Source of the DNA: Macrostomum lignano
Lineage: Eukaryota
Assembly: GCA_002269645.1 (NCBI GenBank)
Contig: NIVC01004397.1
Coordinates: 1-47,273, forward strand
Direction of reading: 5' to 3'
DNA: 47,273 bases
The position numbers were made by a program, and so were the translations under genes. Below, one piece after another: positions 25,001 through 37,000 of this stretch (positions within the stretch are counted from its first letter, which is position 1; every line of letters starts with the position of its first letter). The notes beneath the pieces were generated by a model. The model saw only the letters and a program-made list of their open reading frames with translations. It did not search any database and was not told where the DNA came from.

Positions 25001-28000
25001 AGAATCTCTTTCTCACCAATCTGAATCTCGGTCTCGCCTCCGGGATTGCATCGGCCAGGTATGGGAGTGAATCCGCCTTTGTACTGATTAGGCAGCAGGT
25101 ACAAGTCGCCTAGACGTTGGTAGATGCAGGTCTCCTCAATGTCAACATTGAATCCGGTTCGATAGCGGCTAACACAAGACTCAGACACGTCTGTGGGAGA
25201 AGAAGTATAGTGGGCGCAAGGCTCAAAATCATTTTGCTACTAATCTTAAATTCAACGGTGGTTGAGCTAGAGGACATGGCGTTATTTTTTGGCGAATTTT
25301 TTACCAAGGATCGAAGCACTCACCGTAGCACATCATATCGCCGAACTCAACGTAGTTCTCTTTGCCAGAAACAAACATCGACTCGACAGGCAGCGCGTCC
25401 TTATCGTCCAGCTGGATGTTCTCGCTGGTGGCAACGTCGCCGGCTGCATCGCAGGCGCATTTCAAACCGGCGGCGCCGCAGGCCGAGGCGCCACCGCGCG
25501 CGGCGCATCCGCAACCGACACCTCCGTCTGGAGCGGTCTGGAAGCCGCGGCCGAAGTCGTACCGGCTGGCCCCGGTGCGAAGCGACTTCCAATAGGCGTG
25601 CCGTGTCGACTCGTTCGGCCCGAGCAGTAGCGGAGACTGACGGCACCGGTAAGTGACCGCCTGGCTGCAGTAAGTGGATCTGGTGGCTATGGAAGCAATC
25701 TGTTCCTTAGTGTGATAATAGCGAGCTTTGGCCTCGCACAGGTTTGACGTGTTGCTGCATGACGAAGTGCCAGCGGCCAGGTTCGGTATGATGGTGACGC
25801 CAGTGTCAAACTCTTGCATACTGCAGTAGGCCGGGAAAGGCTTGATGGCTGGAAGCAGAAGAAGTTGGGGAATGGTGACACTTTGAGGGATAGTCATGAT
25901 GTTGATGGTTTTTCGTGAAGAGACTGGATCGTTTTATTGTAGTAAGGTATAATAGGGAAAAAGTGATGCATCTGTTTTGGAGTGATGGGTGCAGATGGTT
26001 TGTGGGAACACACAGCGGATTGTACAGTCAGTCCTGATTGATTATCTGGCTGACTTTGGGGTGGTGGGTGCAGAGGGTTTGTGGGAACACACAGCGGATT
26101 GTACAGTCAGTCCTGATTGATTATCTGGCTGACTTTGGGGTGGTGGGTGCAGAGGGTTTGTGGGAACACACAGCGGATTGTACAGTCAGTCTTCAGTCAT
26201 TAGCTATTGAAGAAGAAGGCAAAGAGTCTTAAGGCGAGCCTTTCAAGGTTGCTTCTGCTTCTGCAGGTACAGTCTTAGATCTTACTAAAGCGATGGGGTG
26301 TAATCAAATGTCTTACCGGATCCCTTGAGATCAGGATCAATCGGATAAACATAGTTGTCTGTATAGCTTCTCAATATAAACGTGGCATCATCGTCCTCGC
26401 GGAATCGAGTCCTGTACATCTGGCAGGTGCCCATTATGCCGAACTGTCTTGAAGAGCAGGCGAAATAGCCGACACTGACGTTGCCAGACGAAGCCGGTCC
26501 AATATTCTCAGCCTTGATGCCCATAATTGGCAACTGGTCTTTGTTGAGCACCCAGCCAAAGTCGTAGGTCCATCCGACTCCGGTGTTGTCGCAGTTGCAC
26601 GATCTGCCGTTGGTGCATTTGTTCAGCGCCGAACAGGGGCAGGTGTTGTCGCTAGGCGAGCCGAAGCCCATATTTGGCACTGGCTGTTTGCCAGTAGTGT
26701 AAAAGTGCGAGGCCTCGTTGCCGGCAGACACGAGGGGCGAGTTGTTACAGTCGTAGCGGATCTACGAATTAACAGATAATAACGACTTTTGAACCGGTCG
26801 GAACATTTTTATAGTATTGTAACTAACGTTCTACAAATTTATCATGAGGGTATTATCATGAGGGTATCATGAGGGTATGATGAGGGTATCATCAGGGTAT
26901 CATCAGAGTATCATCAGGATATCATTAGGGTATCATCAGGGTAGCATCAGGGTATTATCAGGATATCATCAGGATATCATTAGGGTATCATCGGGGTATC
27001 ATCAGGGTATCATCAGGGTATCATCAGGGTAGCATCAGGGTATCATTAGGATATCATCAGGATATCATTAGGGTATCATCGGGGTATCATCAGGGTATCA
27101 TCAGGGTATCAACGGGGTATCATCGGGGTATCATGAGTGTATCATCAGGGTATCATCAGGGTGATATAAAAAACCTTAACTCGTTACTGTTGTTGCGAGC
27201 CACTAATTCGGAAAAATTACGCTCATATTACAATATTATTTTCACTAGGACAGTTTTGAACATACCATCATTATTTTTTCAGTAAAAGTATTTTTCCTGC
27301 ATTTCTACTGTAAGTAAAGTATCAATATAGTGCTAGGTATAGCATTGGTATTCATACTGTTTTGCACACCACGATTTTGACTCAACATAGCGACTAAAAG
27401 TCTTCAAGTTAACTGCTGAACCTTAACCTACATGCAATCTAAACCTACCCTAATTCTATCTTAAACCCTGACAATTCCTATAGTCAAATATAAACCTAAA
27501 CTCAAACTATTAGAAGTCAATTTGTCGAAATGCTTGGACGACTCGAAATTGGCATTAATTTTACGATTTAAAAACAAGCTAAACAACTTACTTCCTGACT
27601 GCAGAATGACATCATAGACTTAAGCAGCTGTAGTTGAGCCAAAGGTGCGCAATAGGTAATCGGATTGTCGCCCTTGGCGACACTCTTTGATAAGCCGTAG
27701 GAGCATCGCTGCCCAAAGTTGTCGTGGCTGACTACAGTGGTTGAGCCGATCAGGGCATTGTTGCAGAACGGATTGAAGCAGAGCGCCGGGAACGGCGGCA
27801 GCTCGCCACGCTGGTCGGATCGATCAGATGGACATTGGACGACAACTTGTCCGGATGCTCGTCGCAAGTGGCCGGAATGTCGAATTGGACGCCGGAGCAG
27901 CGCAGCTCGCCGACAATGTGCTCACCGGCGCCTCGGCTTGAACGGCCGCGAAAGCCACGCAACGGCAGCAGATCGCGATTGGTGATGTAGCCATAATCGC

Positions 28001-31000
28001 TGCTCGTGCTGCGTTGTGTCGCCGTTGCAATTGCAGCTGGCCGACTTTTGACGACAGAGTCCGACTGTGCCGCAGAGGCACTGGGGATAAGCCAAAGTTG
28101 ATCAATTGTAGGCTACAAAATTCTTAATGAAATTTCATTTTCGGATACCTACTCGTATAATGATTTGTAAAATACGAATTACGCTAGGAGTAGCCTGGGT
28201 ATTGGCTATTTTAGTTTCTTGAATATTTGTATCCAATTTTGTCTCTTGGGCTGATTCCCTTCACGGGGACAGATGGGCGGGCAAGTGGCAATCACGTGCC
28301 GCGGTTCCGTGCCCCTCTTGCAGGCTCAGGTACGTCCTTCTGAACCAAAATCGGAAGGATATTCGAGCCCTGTCATGACCTCCACCGATCATGGCTACGT
28401 TGCCAGACACTCGAGGAGATCTCATGCGAATACGGCGATGAAGATGATCAACACTTTTTCTCTCACTTCCCTTTCTTTACCAGAGACTCATCCACGCCTC
28501 TTCCGGTTCCTCCGGGCGACAAGACGAGCCACTTTCTTCCCCACGGAAGATCACGCTGCAGGACCTTCATGGACAAGGGGATGGGTGACCCTTGCCTCCC
28601 CGCTTGTGTCTACGGACCACCCTGCAGCTAAGTCAAGTCTAATTTAGTCCCATATCATGTCAAATAGTCCTTAATTTGATACTCACCTTGCCGATTGTGC
28701 CGGAGCCCCAGTCGCGATGAGTCTTCATGCTTCTATCATAGTACAGCATGTCCTCCATGGGATTGGCGCCGTAGAAGCAGTTGTATCTGAGCGAGAATAT
28801 TTGACAGTAATATAAGACTCCAAATGTTTCATCCAGAAATGCTATTGTGAAAAATAATTTTTTATGTTAACCTGATTTCAATATCCAAGAAAATCCCATA
28901 TATATGAGTAGGCTTCTGCTAGGTAATTGGTTTACAAGGGGCCTTACGCTTTGCGCATTGAGGGTTTTGCCTTCATTTCCTACAATGGCACGAAACGCCA
29001 TAGGCACTAAATTAACTTGGCCGTTCACGGAATCAGACGCGTTTAACTATTTAGCTACTCTGCAGCCTTGAATAACAACACACGTTCAGACAAGGTGTAA
29101 AGCAGCCCTCTGACACTCTAATCTCACAACAGCACAGTAGTCTGAATACGCACCTGATTGTCTGAATGCAAAAGCGGAGTTGCCAACCACAGCGGTCATC
29201 TCGTCAATCAGAGTGGTGTAGATCAGTTTCTCTCGCCACACGCTGCCAGAGTAGCGGGATTTCTTATTCTTCTCCGGCGGGAACACCGTGATGCCGTAGT
29301 CTGCGTACATCTCGCAGGTGACCTCCTGAGCGTCAAGGGGCCCGGTACCGTCGGGATCGATCGTCTGCTTGGAGCGGCGCGGGAAGGCTTCGGACATTTT
29401 TTTCAGGCGCAACTCGTGACAGGTGCGCGGCAGCTCGACGCAGGTCTTGCCGTTGCCAGCGTAGCCGTTCTTGCAGGCGCAGGTGAAACTGCCCGGGTTG
29501 TTCGTGCAGGTGGCGTTCGGGCTGCAGTCGTGGATGCCCATGGAGCACTCGTCGATGTCGACGCAGGTGCGCACACCGTCGCCTTTGTAGCCTCGATTGC
29601 AGGTGCACAAATTGCCAATACAGGCGGCCAAGCGGAGACAGTCGGAGTTTGAGACACAGTATCGAATGTCTGTTAAAATTATTGTGTAGAACTCGTATAG
29701 TCGAGTTAAACTACTGATTCAAGTAGCAACCGTAGTATTTTTATTTAGAAAGATGGACTGCTTGGGAATATAGTACCAACGATAAAAAGGGGATGTTAGC
29801 ATAGTTTAAGCATAGTCCGAAAATTTGAGCTCTGATATTCCGCTTGCAGTATAGAGGCTTGAGTAGACTCTGAGAATGAAGATGACGGCTGGCGATCTAA
29901 ATTTATTGCCGGTCCAATAATGGACCCATCAACCCCTCTTCTACTCAGCGACAGAGCTCAACCAGGGCTGATCTGCACCTGTAAAAAGCAACCCCTTTCA
30001 ACAAGTCAACAACTTCTATCCCATGCTTAACGAGCGACTTAAATCTACGAGCGGTGTCCCAAAAGTTCCAGGAATGTTTGCTCTTGCACCTCAGTATCTT
30101 GACCAATTTTTGTGCTTTCTGTCAAATTAAAGATAATTTTTAAACAAAAAAATTGTTATTTGAAGTTCAAATATACGAAAAATCTTTACCATCTGGTTCC
30201 GGCTAGAAGCTACAACAGAAAATTTGAAGGAAGATCAGCACTTGTGTTACACAGCCTCGAATGTCTGTGAATGTCTTTTCCGTCAACAATTTTCTTTACA
30301 AAAAGTAATTTTGAATTCGTGCCGCTGACGCGCCACGATAGACGTGCTTGCTAATTACATACCAGGTGCTTTCTTTTGGCTAGAGATATCAAAAATGAGT
30401 TCTCTTCATAGCCTTGAGAGTTAGCGGAGTCAAGTTTTCGCCCTGCGGTCTGCAGGATGGAGAGGACCCATAGCAACTCACCTTGGCAGCGACCCTCGGC
30501 GTTCAGCTGATAACCAGCGTCGCAGTCGCATTTGTATCCGCCAATCAGATTGGAGCAGGTGGAATGCGGCTGACAGATGCCATCGATCTCGCACTCATCA
30601 ATGTCTGATTGGTTTTGCGTTAGGGTTTCAAATGTTTAGACTAATAAAACATTTACAATCCGTAACTCAGAATCAGGTATTTATTCGAATTCACTCACCA
30701 ACGCACGATCGCCGACCGTCGCCATAGAAACCCTTCTTGCAGCGGCACTGCCCGAGGAAGCATTCGCCATTGGCTGCGCAATCGGAGTGCTTCAGACAGG
30801 GCGTGTTCTCTGCAATTGCGCGAAGGGTTGTCTGCGTTGCATCGTTTCACATGATGCTGGCCATTTATTTGAGTCGAAAATCGGAATACGCGGTTTTAGA
30901 AAACCTTTTTAATGTATCTCTAGCACGCACTTCTATAAATCTACCAGAAACCTAGCTAGCAAAGTTACATAATAATTTGTCCTAACTTGAAGCTTTACCC

Positions 31001-34000
31001 CCGACAAGCTACTCATACTAAACCTCAGTCAACTCTTACAACCTACTCAAACTAAACCTCAGTCAACTCTTACAACCTACTCAAACTAAACCTCAGTTAA
31101 CTCTTACAACCTACTCATACTAAACCCCAGTCAACTCTTACAAGCTACTCAAACTAAACCCCACTCAACTCTTACAATATACTCAAACTAAGCCTCAGTC
31201 AACTCTTACAACCTACTCAAACTAAACCTCAGTCAACTCTTACAACCTACTCAAACTAAACCTCAGTTAACTCTTACAACCTACTCATACTAAACCCCAG
31301 TCAACTCTTACAAGCTACTCAAACTAAACCCCACTCAACTCTTACAATATACTCAAACTAAACCTCAGTCAACTCTTACAACCTACTCAAGCTAAACCTC
31401 AGTCAACTTTTACAACCTACTCAAACTAAACCCCAGTCAACTCTTACAACCTACTCAAACTAAACCCCAGTCAACTCTTACAAGCTACTCAAACTAAACC
31501 CCACTCAACTCTTACAATATACTCAAACTAAACCTCAGTCAACTCTTACAACCTACTCAAACTAAACCTCAGTCAACTCTTACAACCTACTCAAACTAAA
31601 CCTCAGTTAACTGTTACAACCTACTCAAACTAAACCATAGTCAACTCTTACAACCTACTCAAACTAAACCATAGTCAACTCTTACAACCTACTCAAACTA
31701 AACCTCAGTCAACCCATACAATCTACTCAAACTAAAACACACATCTACCAGACAATTTACTCAAACAATCCTACCCAGAAAACACAACAAAATAGCCCCT
31801 TAATCTATATACTCCATATAAAACAGACCCTTGCTCAAGCCAAATCCAAAAATGAACCAATAAAGCATCGCTAACCGAATTCGCACACGGCCCAAGCGTC
31901 GGACGAGCAGCCAACAACGGTGAAGCCTTCCGCCGGGTCGGCAATCTGGGTGCAGCGGCCTTGACTAGCATTGGCTGGTGCGGCGCCGCCCTTCCAGTTG
32001 TAATAAGCAATCTTGCTGCCATCAGAGTTGGTGAAGTTGGTCGCATTGGCAGCCAGAAACAGGCCAGTGTAGTAGCTCTTCGGCCCAGTCTGTCCGGCGT
32101 AGATGACACGGCTAAAAAAATTGTACTCCTCCGGAGTCTGGAAAGCCACTAGATCGCCGCCGAGGCTGCGACAGTCGTCGAGATGGTGGGTGAAATTCTG
32201 CGACGTCGAAATCACCGTGTAACACTTGCCGTTGAAATAGTAAGCGTTTCTTGGACAGCGGTAGTAAGCTGAAGTTCCGGGTTTTTAAATACGCTATTGA
32301 AGCGATAGCTTTGAGACGAGTAGTGACAGAAGAATGTAAAGTAAAACATACACACAAAAGCGTATAGAATATTAGAATAACTATATCTATTAGAACTATC
32401 TATTAAATTGGCATCTTTCACATCCTTCACTTTCGCAGCTTTCGCATCTTTCACTTTGATGCTACATCCGAATCCAGTGCGTATGAGCAAGAGAGAAAAG
32501 GGGTGGCGCCCCAGCCGATAAACAGTTGGGCTTCCCTCTTGTCCGCCTGAATTGACTACGTTACTTACTGCTCTCTCATTGGCTGGGCTAGATTGGGCCT
32601 GCCCTCTGCCCCCTAGACTGAGTTTCGTCCGTCTGACTCTGACATCTCTCCTTACTGCTCTCCTATTGGCTGAGCTAGATTAAGCCTGCCCTCTGCCCCC
32701 TAGGCTGAGTTTCGTCCGTCTGACTCTGACATCTCTCCTTACTGCTCTCTCATTGGCTGGGCTAGATTTGGCCTGCCCCTAGCCTAAAGTGAATACTTTC
32801 TGTTCATTTTTAACACCATTGGCTTCTGAGGTTAGAAATGAAAGTTTAGCTGTCACATTAAATTTAAGTGACACTGCGCAGAGAAACTACTGAAAAAGAG
32901 TAGACACTCTACTTTTACATCCTTATTTATTCGATTATCTTTTTCGTATCTAAATACGAGTATAATGTCTAATGTCTTTTCCTATGCAATGTAGACGAAT
33001 TGGGCAGAGTAGTTGAGAGGTCAGCATCTATCTGGCTTCGATTCTGTGAACAGCCACATTGATTTTGGGGCTTGTGCACGAAAATTGGTCTGGGGGTTGC
33101 CGTGCAATTCTCGCCAATGAGTAACAGCAGAGGTCCGTAGTTATAACTTCAAGTACATGTAACATTGCTTCATAAAACCAGCTATCTATATATTGTTGTT
33201 TCATATAGTCAAGAGACTCACCATATCGTTGCTTCTGACAGATGTAGCCCAGTTTGTCTCCGCAAGCTCTGGTGGCCCATCGAGCCTGCGTGCTGATAGC
33301 GGCGCAGTCTTTGCCAGCAGCCGGCTCGCCTGGACTGTCCCACATGAGGTAGGCGGGATTGTAGGCGCTGCCATCCCACCATCTGAATGCGTTCGGCGCC
33401 AGCAGGGTGTCGTACTGCAGCCCGATCCAGTGGTAGCCGGAGCCAGCGCGGGAGTTGAAGAAGCTAAAGGGTGGAGTATAATGTCGTTAATTCTTTCCCG
33501 TTGGCACCCAATTGAAATTCTAATCAAATTGTTTTCGTATTCTTTTGCAATGTGAGTAATGTTTTATTAAATCAACTTTCAATTAATATATTGATTCGCG
33601 CATCAATTTTATGGTCGACTTCTTGGCCGCATTTCTCTTTCATGCCTCGCTTACCCTACTTTATCGATTTTATGATCGGCCCTTAACAGAATTTCTCTCC
33701 TAACCTCGTTAACCCTAAGTTATCGATTTTGTAGTCTACTCTCAACTAAATTTCGCTTTTTTACAACCCAATGAATTCCTTCAATTAAACTCACTAATCA
33801 TAAAGGAATTTGCTGACATCGTTGGCCCCAATAGAGACGAGATCGGCTCCCAATAGAGCGCACTGCACCATAGCGTCCTCGTAGGTCACCGCATCGTCGC
33901 TCATATAGTAACAGTTGCCACCCAGACTCTGCCAGCCCTCCGGGCAGCTGCGAGTGGCGCCGGGAACTTTGCAGACAGTGGCCAGCTGCTCTCCGCAAGA

Positions 34001-37000
34001 CCGAGCCTCCAGTTTGACAGCTCCATTGTTGAGCACTCCACTGCCGCACATGTCTGGTCGGAATCGTCCAACTCCGGAATTGGCGGAACTATTATCCCCG
34101 GAAGTGATCCAAAGTTTTCGCCAGAGAGAGCCAACAAAATCCATTGGCGGAAAGTAGCCGCTAGTTTTGTCGTCGGCGTATCCGGTCCAGAAATTTCCGG
34201 TGGCCAGTTTAGCGTTGAGCAGGACTTTGACCTGGCTGGCTACTCGCTCGTCCAGAATAGTGACCAAAGTGCCACCGAGGGTGGCGCAATATTCGGCAGC
34301 GGATGAATGGTTGCGCTTTGTATCGTCGTAATAGTAGCAGAAGCCTTCAATACTTGTGTAGTTAGCTGGGCAGTTGGCTGTGTACAATTTTATACAGGAG
34401 GAGTGCCTTTGAGTTTCTAATATTTTTATTTACGAGCTAATAAGTAGTGACCCTGAAAAGCCATATTTTGGCACTATCGCATCCCACAATGCTGTCGTCA
34501 GATCACAAACGGTTCGTAGGTTTCTTGGATTTTAAAAGTTTGGTGCTCCACATAGGGCTCTGAGCTCCTTGAGGCTCTAATACTCTTTCGACATCCGATT
34601 TTATAAGCTTCCTGGATAGCTTTGGACCCTTGGATGCCATTGGATATCGGATATCTAACTATCACGGGCTTTCCTGAAATATCTCTTGATCCTGAACGTC
34701 CCTAGATCCTGAATTTCTCTTGATCCTGAATAACTCTAGATACCAAATCTCTCTCGATCCTAAATTTCAGTGAATCGCGCCATTTCTGATATTTAATACA
34801 TTTTAAAACATGTATGTTCTTAGATCTTAAACGCGTAAAGATCGACTAGTTGCATCGGGATGTCTCCTAAATTTGGCACTTACGCCACTTGCAGCCGGAG
34901 TGACCAGCTCCTTTGTATCCGTCGCCAATGGACCCGTGTGGACAAGCGCAGGAAATGCTGCCGTTAGCCAAATCGCTGCAAACTGACGTTGGATCGCACT
35001 GCAGCTCCTTCAGATAGGAGCAGCCGGACTCGCCAGTGCTTGCGTTGGCATAGTTTGGCGCAATAAACGGTACGGAGCAGGTTTTACCGTCGCCAACGTA
35101 GGGCGACACGCAGGCGCACTGGTAGCTTCCGGGTAGGTTGCGGCAAATTGCGTTGGCGCTGCACGGCGAGACGGTGGCCGAGCATTCGTCTACGTCGCTG
35201 CAGTTGTAGCCGTTGCCTTGGTAACCAGACTGACAGCGGCACTGATAACCGCCAGGTGTGTTGACGCACACGGCTTTGGCGTGACAGGCGTGATTGCCTC
35301 TGGCAGATGGGTTTAGGGGTTTTTCAGTTAAATTCGACTGGAAGATGAAAAATAAACAAAAGATGACAATAGCGAAATGCGATAGTAAGTAAGAAGTAGC
35401 AGTAAAATAAACTTCTGAATGTCCAGGGGGAAAATGAACACAGAATCAGGACACAAATGGAGAAGGACGTAGAGACGGACGTTGAGACGGACGTGGAGAC
35501 GGACTTAGAGACGGACGTGGAGACGGACGTGGAGACGGACTTAGAGACGGACGTGGAGACGGACGTGGAGACGGACGTGGAGACGGACGTGGAGATGGAC
35601 TTGGAGACGGACTTAGTGACGGATGTGGAGACAAAAAGACTAACGCTAAAATCCAAAAAAGGCTAACTGTAAAAATGAAAAGCCGAAAAATGATGTTGCA
35701 GAAAAAGACGAAGAAAACATTGAGCGGACAGAAATCGCATCATTGGCCTCTCACTTGGCACACTCGTCAATATCCTCGCAGGCGGGCCCGGCGAAGCCTT
35801 CGGCACAGTCGCAGAAGGCGGCGCCATCCGGCAGCTGCACGCATTTGGTGTTGTTTTTGCACGCGTTGCCAACCGAGTCAATTCCGCGAGCGCCGTTGCA
35901 CACGTGCTTCTTAGCGCAGGCCTGCGAGTACCAAACCTGGCCCTTGGCCTTGTAGAAACCGCCGGCTTCGTCTCGTTTGGCCGCTGTGCAGCCGCATTGG
36001 TTGGCTCGGACGCAGACGTTGCCGCTTCGACGGTAGCTCGGCTGGCAATGGCAGGCTGGCTGACGACGCTGCACGCCGCAGTGGGAGCCGGTGCCGATGC
36101 CCTGGTTGATGTTCGGACAGTCGTTCGGCTCGCAGGGTCGTGCGTCGACTACCAACTGTTCGTTGGCCTGACAGGTGGAAGTCTCTGAATGGAGCGGTTC
36201 GAGTCGAGTTTTGAGTCACAGCGTGCGTCATGTGTCAACACATCGACTTTAATTTTGTCATCCTGAATGTAAACACTGAATACCAAATTAGCACCCTGAT
36301 TTATTCAGGCTGGATGCCAATTAATTTGAATTCCATATTTTCTGATGCTTAAAACTCAGAAACCGATTCAAGGCTATAACCACTTTGGAAATACCTTATA
36401 AATATAAATAAACCGCTAAATAAAATCTTACAAGCCTTCTGTAACATCCAGCCGAACATATCATTAACATAATCTATTAAACGTTATAACCGCACTACTG
36501 TCTCAAGTAGAAAGTGTAACATTTATTTGCACTGCTTACCCTGGCACAGTCCGGGCGGGAACAGCTGGGCGGAGCTGAGCAGGCCGCGGGCGCTGAGCAC
36601 CTTGTAGAATGCTGTAGTCAGCTGGCACAGCTGCAGGTTGTCGAAGGGAGCGGCCATGTCGCTGTGGCAGGCGTCGTTAAAGACTCCGCGAAGCGTCGCG
36701 TCAGCCAGGTAAGTTGAGAACGCGTAGTTGGACAGAATAGCATTGCAGACGACCATCACGGAGGCTGAGGAGACGCTGCTGCTTTCGACTGGGCGGGAAA
36801 TTTCCTCCTTTTTGCAGCTGCAATTCAGGCGGGGGGATAAAGAGCTGTTGTTGTTGGTGATAATAATGTAGCTCGTAAGATGTTGGTAAATGTGAGAATT
36901 ATTGGGCGTGGTCAGGAAGGTGGCAAGGTGGGCTGTGCCCCACCCCCCAATAAAGTGAAAAATGATATTTCGCTTCTTGCAGGATCTTTAACGCCCCTGG

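Noticed and set aside
30046-30360. Tc1/mariner-like terminal repeat (tacgagcggtgtcccaaaagttcc)
   Set aside because: I found no matching inverted partner or transposase remnant, so it is at most a solitary relic.
35324-35666. ETDV/SPRP/STSV repeat ORFs as a mucin PTS exon
   Set aside because: The 12-bp repeat lies in intron 35754-35300, whose flanking exons already join in phase, and I found no convincing splice sites around it.
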